Virus record (IMG/VR): IMGVR_UViG_3300042898_002514
Strand: one strand, 5' to 3'
DNA: 64,000 nt
From: a virus
The notes below the pieces were generated by a model, which saw nothing but the letters and a program-made list of their open reading frames with translations, had not been told where the DNA came from and ran no database searches. The position numbers and the translations under genes were made by a program. This document shows, piece after piece, positions 57,577 through 63,679 of the stretch (positions within the stretch are counted from its first letter, which is position 1; every line of letters begins with the position of its first letter).

Positions 57577-57640
57577 AGTAAAACATACACCGCAAACTTC
57601 AAGGACCCTGGGAATTAAAACTCCTGGGGTTTTTTGTTTT
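57553..57640 (+). promoter_or_regulatory. Antiterminator (57553-57609) / intrinsic terminator (57605-57640) switch
   Basis: AGGGTCC/GGACCCT, GAGG/CTTC and GTGTA/TACAC versus ACCCTGGGA/TCCTGGGGT plus TTTTTGTTTT; both need 57605-57609. Confidence 0.8.
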
Positions 57641-57648
57641 AAGGAACA

Positions 57649-57801
57649 ATGACAGAGAAAAAGATTAAAGAAGCAGAATGGACAGTGACGCACACTCTTA
57701 CTAAGGATCAGTTTTTGAAACTGATCCATAATAAGGTGAAACGTGTGGCACAGTATCATCGAGCTATAAACAAGCAGGAAAGTAGGCCAAATGCCCGCTA
57801 G
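57649..57801 (+). CDS. Small basic protein (50 aa), first gene after the attenuator
   Basis: AAGGA SD; MTEKKIKEAEWTVTHTLTKDQFLKLIHNKVKRVAQYHRAINKQESRPNAR. Confidence 0.6.
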   Translation: MTEKKIKEAEWTVTHTLTKDQFLKLIHNKVKRVAQYHRAINKQESRPNAR

Positions 57802-57907
57802 TACTGCAACGTGGTAGGGGAAACGAGGTCCTCGCAACACACGATAAACAGTTGTAAACGGGCGGCCTAGGCGATGAAGTCTCTTTTGTGAGATAAAAAA
57901 CCCTAGC

Positions 57908-58020
57908 GTATTAAAGCATTCTTTACGAACAGTCAGACTAAGTAGTTTAGAATGTTTTAATACACACATTCTTCATTCAGCTCTTGACGCTGTCTAAAAG
58001 CATAGCGGAGAGTGTGTTTA
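57908..58020 (+). repeat. Two tandem CAUU/ARUG-core hairpins (elements D and E)
   Basis: 57908-57922 pairs with 57949-57963; 57961-57972 pairs with 58009-58020. Confidence 0.65.
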
Positions 58021-58028
58021 CAATTTAT

Positions 58029-58117
58029 GGAAGTGTGCGCTGAATTGGTTGAAGGCAACGGACTGTAAATCCGCCACATAAGAAACATTGTAGGTTCGAA
58101 TCCTACCACTTCCACCA
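58029..58117 (+). tRNA. tRNA-Tyr(GTA)
   Basis: Cloverleaf, long variable arm, CCA. Confidence 0.93.
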
Positions 58118-58123
58118 AGTTTT

Positions 58124-58199
58124 GCCTCGTTCATATAACGGTCTATTATATCCGCCTGTCTAGCGGAATACAGGGGTTCGACTCCCCTACGAGGCGCCA
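58124..58199 (+). tRNA. tRNA-Asp(GTC)
   Basis: Cloverleaf; loop CT-GTC-TA (U37). Confidence 0.9.
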
Positions 58200-58205
58200 G
58201 TTTAT

Positions 58206-58281
58206 TCCCCGATAGCACAGAGGTAGTTGCGCTTCGCTGTTAACGAAGATGTCGTACGTTCGATCCGTACTCGGGGAGCCA
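58206..58281 (+). tRNA. tRNA-Asn(GTT)
   Basis: Cloverleaf, GCCA end. Confidence 0.93.
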
Positions 58282-58287
58282 GACAAT

Positions 58288-58361
58288 GTATCTCTAATGT
58301 AATGGCAGCATCACAGTCTCCAAAACTGTTCGTCGGGGTTCGAGTCCCTGGAGGTACGCCA
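58288..58361 (+). tRNA. tRNA-Trp(CCA)
   Basis: Cloverleaf, GCCA end. Confidence 0.92.
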
Positions 58362-58369
58362 AACAATTT

Positions 58370-58444
58370 GCACGATTCGTCTATCGGTTAGGACGCTGCC
58401 CTTTCAAGGCGGAAAGACGAGTTCGATTCTCGTATCGTGTACCA
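58370..58444 (+). tRNA. tRNA-Glu(TTC)
   Basis: Cloverleaf. Confidence 0.93.
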
Positions 58445-58451
58445 ATATACC

Positions 58452-58525
58452 GCGGGATTAGTTTAATGGTCAAACGAAACCTTGCCAAGGTTTAGTCAGG
58501 AGTTCGATTCTCCTATCCCGCTCCA
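58452..58525 (+). tRNA. tRNA-Gly(GCC)
   Basis: Cloverleaf, U73. Confidence 0.93.
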
Positions 58526-58528
58526 TAT

Positions 58529-58620
58529 GCCAGCGAGACTTGACAGTCAGAGAGTCCTTATAAGACTTTTAGCGCCAGATTAGCGTTCTTGAGAGGGTTT
58601 GATTCCCTCCGCTGGTACCA
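58529..58620 (+). tRNA. Atypical tRNA with TAT anticodon (nominal Ile)
   Basis: GCCAGCG/CGCTGGT acceptor, 4-nt D loop, CT-TAT-AA loop, long variable arm, TTTGATT T loop. Confidence 0.7.
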
Positions 58621-58626
58621 CACCAT

Positions 58627-58704
58627 ATAGGGATGGCAGAGAGGCCCAATGCAACAGTCTGCAAAACTGTAAACCCGTGGGTTCGAATCCCACTCCCTAT
58701 TCCA
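58627..58704 (+). tRNA. tRNA-Cys(GCA)
   Basis: Cloverleaf, U73. Confidence 0.92.
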
Positions 58705-58708
58705 ATAT

Positions 58709-58785
58709 ACCCCTGTACGCTAATTGGTAGTGCGGGTAGACTTAAAATCTGCTGGATGGCGGTTCGAATCTGCCCAGGGGTACCA
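58709..58785 (+). tRNA. tRNA with TAA anticodon (nominal Leu), short variable loop
   Basis: Cloverleaf, 5-nt variable region. Confidence 0.85.
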
Positions 58786-58853
58786 ATCAACCAGTCTTGG
58801 ACACGCAGACTTTAAAGCGATGTGGGAGTAGGTGGAAGCCCTGCACCTAATAT

Positions 58854-58943
58854 GGAAGTATGGCTGAGCATGGCTTAAGGCAGCAGTCTTGAAAACTGAA
58901 GGCTCGAAAGGGTCCGTGGGTTCGAATCCTACTACTTCCGCCA
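58854..58943 (+). tRNA. tRNA-Ser(TGA)
   Basis: Cloverleaf, long variable arm, G73. Confidence 0.93.
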
Positions 58944-58947
58944 ATTT

Positions 58948-59021
58948 TCCCGGATAATTAAATGGTATAATAATCGGCTGATAACCGGTCTTCGCAAGTT
59001 CGATTCTTGCTCTGGGAACCA
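58948..59021 (+). tRNA. tRNA-Ile(GAT)
   Basis: Cloverleaf. Confidence 0.9.
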
Positions 59022-59124
59022 ATTTTTAAAATGGAGAATGACATGAAACGAGGTAAACTCTAGTGTCATCCTAGACCCCCGTATGGTCCTGGATGGCACG
59101 TAAAAGAAAATATTTACGATCCAT

Positions 59125-59199
59125 CCACGCTAAACTTTAGTGGCGAAGTACCCGGCTCTTAACCGGACTAACTGAGTTCGATTCTCAGAGCGTGGACCA
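59125..59199 (+). tRNA. tRNA-Lys(CTT)
   Basis: Cloverleaf, CT-CTT-AA loop. Confidence 0.85.
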
Positions 59200-59202
59200 T
59201 AT

Positions 59203-59278
59203 GGGAGTATAGTGAAATGGTTATCACAGCAGACTTTTAATCTGCCAGTTCCGGGTTCGAGTCCCGGTGCTCCTACCA
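59203..59278 (+). tRNA. tRNA-Lys(TTT)
   Basis: Cloverleaf. Confidence 0.93.
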
Positions 59279-59359
59279 TAGACAAACACATTAGAAGCCT
59301 TCGTGACTGTGGGCGAGTAGGTCTCTAAGTCGTTTCCGACTAGTGTGTTTTTCTATGGT
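59275..59359 (+). repeat. ACCA-anchored long hairpin, element A
   Basis: ACCATAGACAAACACATTAG / CTAGTGTGTTTTTCTATGGT, 45-nt interior. Confidence 0.8.
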
Positions 59360-59464
59360 TAGTATCAGAAGATGTGATCGAAACAGGTGTACTAGTCATA
59401 CACAATGTCGTGACCGGAGGATGAGAAGTCGCAAGAGTAGGCCTGACCGCTAGAGGGTAGCGAC

Positions 59465-59552
59465 ACCATATAAAAACACATTAGGCCTGATCATAGATCA
59501 TCGCGGGTATAGTGCCTTCCGAGCCGCGGACTTGAGTGTGTTTTTATATGGT
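59465..59552 (+). repeat. ACCA-anchored long hairpin, element B
   Basis: ACCATATAAAAACACATT / AGTGTGTTTTTATATGGT, 52-nt interior. Confidence 0.8.
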
Positions 59553-59624
59553 AACGTAGCATAATGGTCGTGCACCTCCTTCATACGGAGCAAGGTGCTG
59601 GTTCGAATCCAGCCGTTACCACCA
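59550..59624 (+). tRNA. tRNA with CAT anticodon (Met or Ile2)
   Basis: Cloverleaf, TT-CAT-AC loop. Confidence 0.88.
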
Positions 59625-59627
59625 AGT

Positions 59628-59824
59628 TTTGTAAGTGTCAGCAAGAGAAAGACTCGCTAGGAAGATTCTTCGAAGGTCAACCTAGTGCAAAAGTAGGGCG
59701 GGTTCGAGTCCCGTAAAAGCAGCGGAGCACCTATGTCAAGTATTCCAAGTGATGTACCACCTCCCGTCCGGACCAGTGCAATCGGGTGAATGGTAGAGAT
59801 TAAAGTGGCTCTACTACTTACAAA
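59628..59824 (+). ncRNA. Unassigned ~200-nt structured RNA
   Basis: Closing stem TTTGTAAGT/ACTTACAAA, UUCG hairpin, internal T-arm mimic. Confidence 0.6.
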
Positions 59825-59833
59825 TTCAATTAT

Positions 59834-59909
59834 CTCTCTAAAGTGTTATCTGGTTGCATCCGCGGTTTGGGGCCGTGTGGTCTAGGTTCGAATCCTAGTA
59901 GGGAGACCA
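59834..59909 (+). tRNA. tRNA-Pro(TGG)
   Basis: Cloverleaf, G37. Confidence 0.9.
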
Positions 59910-59917
59910 GTTTCTGT

Positions 59918-59991
59918 TGGGGGTTAGTTAAATGGTATAACCGCGGATTTTGATTCCGCTATTAAAGGTTCGATTCCTTTACCCTCTGCCA
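59918..59991 (+). tRNA. tRNA-Gln(TTG)
   Basis: Cloverleaf, U1.U72 mismatch. Confidence 0.9.
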
Positions 59992-59998
59992 AATTTAT

Positions 59999-60075
59999 CG
60001 GACCGTAATTCAATTGGATAGAAAGCAAGTCTTCGAAACTTGAGGTTGGGAGTTCGAATCTCTCCGGTCCGGCCA
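59999..60075 (+). tRNA. tRNA-Arg(TCG)
   Basis: Cloverleaf. Confidence 0.9.
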
Positions 60076-60091
60076 TATAAAGGAAAATGCT

Positions 60092-60259
60092 ATGAAAACA
60101 ATTACATTTAAAAATAGATTCAACAATGAGCGAGTGGTCTGTAATGATCCCAAGGCTGTACAAGTAATTGACGGCATTGAGTACCTGTTGGTCAGCAAGA
60201 CCATTCAAGATAGAAAATTTCTAATGCGTAAAGATGCATTGGAGAAGATTAAAACATAG
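60092..60259 (+). CDS. Small hypothetical protein (55 aa)
   Basis: AAGGA SD; MKTITFKNRFNNERVVCNDPKAVQVIDGIEYLLV... Confidence 0.65.
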   Translation: MKTITFKNRFNNERVVCNDPKAVQVIDGIEYLLVSKTIQDRKFLMRKDALEKIKT

Positions 60260-60265
60260 ATCAAT

Positions 60266-60339
60266 GTTGTTCCTAGTGTAGTGGCTGCACAACTGTCTGT
60301 GAAACAGTTAGAGAGGGTTCGATTCCCCGGTTCAACCCA
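60266..60339 (+). tRNA. tRNA-His(GTG), irregular
   Basis: G-1/C73, CT-GTG-AA loop; two U.U mismatches in acceptor, irregular T stem. Confidence 0.7.
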
Positions 60340-60355
60340 ACAAAGTAGAAATATC

Positions 60356-60760
60356 ATGGAACAAGTAAAAATATTAAACACATTAAAGGGATCTGTTCGT
60401 AAGTTCGAAGAATTACTAGGACGATCATTGTACAAGGCAGAAGCAGACGACTCAGTATTGACACTGTATCTGTCCAAGACAAACTATGTAAGATTCCAAC
60501 ATCACCAAGATTGTTGCGAAAGTGTTTACATAGAAGACATATGTGGTGACCTCGATGACCTTGTGGGAGCACCACTAGTTGAAGCTGAAGAAGTTTCTGA
60601 CTATGAAGGTGAAGCTACAGGAGACGAGTCTTACACATGGACATTTTACAAGTTTGCTACACGCAAGGGATTTGTAACTGTTCGGTGGTATGGTTCCAGC
60701 AATGGATACTATTCCGAAAGTGTCAGTGTTGATGTAGTTGATACTACTATAAAGGATTAA
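60356..60760 (+). CDS. Conserved phage protein (HQDCCE motif)
   Basis: HHQDCCESVYIEDICGDL, WTFYKFAT, WYGSSNGYYSE; start revised to follow the His tRNA. Confidence 0.8.
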   Translation: MEQVKILNTLKGSVRKFEELLGRSLYKAEADDSVLTLYLSKTNYVRFQHHQDCCESVYIEDICGDLDDLVGAPLVEAEEVSDYEGEATGDESYTWTFYKFATRKGFVTVRWYGSSNGYYSESVSVDVVDTTIKD

Positions 60761-60761
60761 T

Positions 60762-60837
60762 GCAACTTTAGCTGATGTGGTCATAGCGGCGGTTTGAAGA
60801 ACCGTTGAACCAGGTTCGATTCCTGGAGGTTGCACCA
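60762..60837 (+). tRNA. tRNA-Phe(GAA)
   Basis: Cloverleaf, G37. Confidence 0.92.
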
Positions 60838-60875
60838 AGACAAATGCGAGAATGGTGGAATTTAATAAATATTAT

Positions 60876-61439
60876 ATGAACATATTATTCCTTCCAATTG
60901 ATATTGAAATTCCAAAGATTGATACATCAAAAATACAGTCTACAATTAACGTCATCAACAACCTAACCTACATAAAAACTGCAGAGTATCAACAGTATTG
61001 GGATACTTCTAGAATTACTGAAACAGTTGATGATACTTTAAAATCTGTACTAGATCAGTTGCCTATAAGCAAAGTAACAAATGTATATTATAAAGAGCAA
61101 AGACAAGCTGTGTCACCTCATTACGATGTATATCCAAATATGAAATTTGAAGAAGGAGAATACACTAATATTTTAGATAACGAACCTGCAGGGTATCGTC
61201 TAGTCCTAGAAGGGTCCACTGATGTACTTTATGTTAAAAGTGGAGGCACGTTTAAGTTAGCAGAATTGCCATCTGTGCCTTGTTGTTATCTTTTAAATAC
61301 CACAGCAGGGCTACACATGCTCAAGGATGATCCGGGCAGAAAGATTATCTATATTAGAGGATTTATTGATACAGCAAGGCATCAGACGCTGATAGAAAAA
61401 AGTCTCAAACGTTATAAAAATTTAGCAATTATTGCATAA
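60876..61439 (+). CDS. Cupin/2OG-Fe(II) oxygenase-like protein
   Basis: PHYD...LLNTTAGLH...RKIIY; TAAATA upstream. Confidence 0.6.
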   Translation: MNILFLPIDIEIPKIDTSKIQSTINVINNLTYIKTAEYQQYWDTSRITETVDDTLKSVLDQLPISKVTNVYYKEQRQAVSPHYDVYPNMKFEEGEYTNILDNEPAGYRLVLEGSTDVLYVKSGGTFKLAELPSVPCCYLLNTTAGLHMLKDDPGRKIIYIRGFIDTARHQTLIEKSLKRYKNLAIIA

Positions 61440-61443
61440 CATT

Positions 61444-61518
61444 GCCGCCTTTGTATAATAGAGAATACAGCTCTCTTCCAAAGTGCGAATAGGAGTTCGA
61501 TTCCTAGAGGTTGCACCA
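61444..61518 (+). pseudogene. Chimeric pseudo-tRNA (TCC anticodon, 3' end matching tRNA-Phe)
   Basis: Poor acceptor pairing; 61495-61519 matches 60814-60838 at 24/25 nt. Confidence 0.7.
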
Positions 61519-61563
61519 ACTAAGTTGGACTCTTAGAACTCTACATAATTAATAAATACCAAC

Positions 61564-62127
61564 ATGCAAAACTTTTATAAACACTTTCCAGAAATAGATA
61601 ATGTATATTGGACTAACTATTTTTTGAAAGAATTCATACCAAAATATAAAATTTTTGAACAATTGTCTAGTCCTTTATATATGATGTATTTTAAAAAAGA
61701 TTTTTATAAAGATTTAGAAATATTAAAACTTAGTTCGTTGCTAGTTAGTAAACTAAAATTTCCACCGATTGAATATTTTTCAATATTTAAACACACGTAT
61801 TCCCAGGCCATTCATGCTGATGGTAAATCAACATTGAGATATGCAAGCTTCAACTTACCTCTCGTGGGGTTTGAAGGGACAAGGATGTGTTTTTATAATA
61901 CAAAATCAAATGTTATTCCTAAAGTAGCAGATGCTTATTATTTTAAAGAAGATGATGTATGTCTTGCTACAGAACTAGAAGGCAAGAATGAATGGACATT
62001 AGTAAACAGTTCAATCCCACATAATATTGTGAATGTAGATTTTAATAATCCTAGAATAACAGTATGCATTAGATTTAATGGTAATCCAAAACTTGAGGAT
62101 CTAATAACAAATGAAATTCAATCCTAA
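61564..62127 (+). CDS. Cupin/2OG-Fe(II) oxygenase-like protein
   Basis: IHADG..ASFNLPL..LVNSSIPHNIVN..RITVCIRF; AT-rich; TAAATA upstream. Confidence 0.65.
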   Translation: MQNFYKHFPEIDNVYWTNYFLKEFIPKYKIFEQLSSPLYMMYFKKDFYKDLEILKLSSLLVSKLKFPPIEYFSIFKHTYSQAIHADGKSTLRYASFNLPLVGFEGTRMCFYNTKSNVIPKVADAYYFKEDDVCLATELEGKNEWTLVNSSIPHNIVNVDFNNPRITVCIRFNGNPKLEDLITNEIQS

Positions 62128-62159
62128 GGACGGCACCAAAAAATATTTTAAAATAACTG

Positions 62160-62188
62160 TTGACAAGATAACGTAATGACTATATAAT
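62160..62188 (+). promoter_or_regulatory. Sigma70 promoter for the second tRNA block
   Basis: TTGACA-N17-TATAAT. Confidence 0.88.
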
Positions 62189-62241
62189 AGTTACATACTA
62201 AGCAATTAGTAATGTTCATTAAAAATTTAAAGTAAGATTTT

Positions 62242-62325
62242 GCGCAAGTGGTGGAATGGTATACACGATGGTCTTAGAAGCCATTGCCGAAAGGATTGAG
62301 AGTTCGAGTCTCTCCTTGCGCACCA
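62242..62325 (+). tRNA. tRNA-Leu(TAG)
   Basis: Cloverleaf, long variable arm. Confidence 0.93.
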
Positions 62326-62408
62326 TATTGAAACATATTAAAGATAGGGTTGTAACGGTTCATTGAACTTTAGTACATACCGTGGTAGTTAGTGTGTTTC
62401 AATATGGT
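62322..62408 (+). repeat. ACCA-anchored long hairpin, element C
   Basis: ACCATATTGAAACATATTAA / TTAGTGTGTTTCAATATGGT, 47-nt interior. Confidence 0.8.
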
Positions 62409-62418
62409 AAAGAATTTT

Positions 62419-62493
62419 GCCTGGTTAGCTCAGGGGTAGAGCGTCTCGTTTACACCGAGAGGGTCCGCGGTTCGAAACCGTGACCAGGTACCA
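62419..62493 (+). tRNA. tRNA-Val(TAC)
   Basis: Cloverleaf. Confidence 0.93.
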
Positions 62494-62512
62494 CTAGTAG
62501 AAAGAAGACTGT

Positions 62513-62653
62513 ATGATACCCAAAGAAATTATAGACCAGGCATACCGAAATATTCCTAACAAAGTGGGGTTTGCTGTCAATTGGAATTTTACGCCGACTT
62601 GGCGTGGTGTGAGATATTACTGGTATAAATTACTACGTAAAGCAACAAGATAA
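62513..62653 (+). CDS. Small hypothetical protein (46 aa)
   Basis: MIPKEIIDQAYRNIPNKVGFAVNWNFTPTWRGVRYYWYKLLRKATR fills the gap between tRNAs. Confidence 0.5.
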   Translation: MIPKEIIDQAYRNIPNKVGFAVNWNFTPTWRGVRYYWYKLLRKATR

Positions 62654-62654
62654 T

Positions 62655-62742
62655 GGAGCATTGGCCGACCGGTTAAGGCAACAGATTGCTAATCTGTCAC
62701 TGCGCAAGTGGTGAGTAGGTTCGATTCCTACATGCTCCGCCA
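62655..62742 (+). tRNA. tRNA-Ser(GCT)
   Basis: Cloverleaf, long variable arm. Confidence 0.93.
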
Positions 62743-62744
62743 GA

Positions 62745-62935
62745 ACGTTCCGAGTGTCTTCGGATAGTGTGACCCGCACGATGAGAAGTAGTGTGACAAC
62801 TACGGGTGGTAGTCTTTAAACCCAAAGGCCGCTAGCAATGCGAGAACGGTCCCTGTCGGGAAGCGGGTGGAAGGTACGAGTGAGAGGTATGATAGCGTCA
62901 TATCTTTCTGTACTATAATTACCGCCGGGGGACGT
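62745..62935 (+). ncRNA. Unassigned ~190-nt structured RNA
   Basis: Closing ACGTTCC/GGGACGT, several internal stems, motif shared with 59406-59465. Confidence 0.6.
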
Positions 62936-62967
62936 CAGAGCAACCAGATTTTAATAAAGGAAACATA

Positions 62968-63180
62968 ATGAAACCAGGTCCAAATTACAAGATGTCATCT
63001 TTGACTAAAGCAAGTCTAGCAATGAGTAGAGTTCTAGATCCTCACAAGCGAGGTGAGTGGAAACGTGCCATGATTGATGCAGAGCTATGTGCCGCTGTTC
63101 AACCCAAGCGTGAAACACGCAAACCGGGCAATGGTAATTTTACCACCCATGCATCTGGGACCGTATCTTCAGGAAGTTGA
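62968..63180 (+). CDS. Small hypothetical protein
   Basis: AAGGA SD; MKPGPNYKMS...WKRAMIDAEL. Confidence 0.7.
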   Translation: MKPGPNYKMSSLTKASLAMSRVLDPHKRGEWKRAMIDAELCAAVQPKRETRKPGNGNFTTHASGTVSSGS

Positions 63181-63181
63181 T

Positions 63182-63472
63182 ATGAGCAAGGGATCTAAAG
63201 CAAGACCCTTTAGTGTCAGCCAGCGTGAGTTTGACAATAGATGGGATACAATTTTTCGCAAGAGTCCTCAAGAAGTGCAAGATGCAGTTCGAGAAGATGA
63301 AGAATTTAACAGGATTGATACTATGCAAGTACGAGTAAAAGAAGATGAAAGTAAAATCGGATCTTGCGGTTGCGGTCGTTCGCCAACCGGCAAGTGCATC
63401 GGTTGGCACGGACTAACCGAAGAAGCATTTAAAGAAAAACTTCAAGAGTATAAACTCAACGAAGGTAAGTGA
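63182..63472 (+). CDS. CDGSH-like Fe-S/Zn finger protein
   Basis: CGCGRSPTGKCIGWH; start revised to MSKGSKARP. Confidence 0.7.
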   Translation: MSKGSKARPFSVSQREFDNRWDTIFRKSPQEVQDAVREDEEFNRIDTMQVRVKEDESKIGSCGCGRSPTGKCIGWHGLTEEAFKEKLQEYKLNEGK

Positions 63473-63478
63473 AATATT

Positions 63479-63554
63479 GGGGGATTGGTATACTTGGCTA
63501 ACACACCTGGTTTGCAACCAGGAGCAAACGGTTCGAATCCGTTATCCTCCACCA
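63479..63554 (+). tRNA. tRNA-Ala(TGC)
   Basis: Cloverleaf with G3.U70. Confidence 0.93.
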
Positions 63555-63560
63555 AGCATT

Positions 63561-63634
63561 GCCCTTATAGTTAAATGGTATAACGGCGGTTTTGTAATCC
63601 GCAGTTTGCAGTTCGATTCTGTGTAGGGGCACCA
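63561..63634 (+). tRNA. tRNA-Thr(TGT)
   Basis: Cloverleaf. Confidence 0.9.
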
Positions 63635-63650
63635 ATATAGTCAAAAGATG

Positions 63651-63679
63651 TTGACAAACATCTTGTATAGTGCTATAAT
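63651..63679 (+). promoter_or_regulatory. Sigma70 promoter
   Basis: TTGACA-N17-TATAAT. Confidence 0.88.

Noticed and set aside
57820-57870. HDV-like/theta ribozyme suggested by GTCCTCGC
   Set aside because: No P3/P1 nested pseudoknot could be built, and it is not at a tRNA 3' end
59376-59430. Hammerhead ribozyme (GAAAC...GTC followed by GATGA)
   Set aside because: CUGANGA core is missing (GGAUGA) and stems I and II cannot be built
57550-60838. Track ORFs across the tRNA array (e.g. 57550-57969, 58018-58218, 58569-58790, 58720-59022, 59924-60208, 60575-60838)
   Set aside because: Shadows of tRNAs and structured RNA, lacking SD or protein-like features
57908-62408. Hairpin family as a CRISPR array
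   Set aside because: Inverted rather than direct repeats, irregular spacing, and no cas genes in the window
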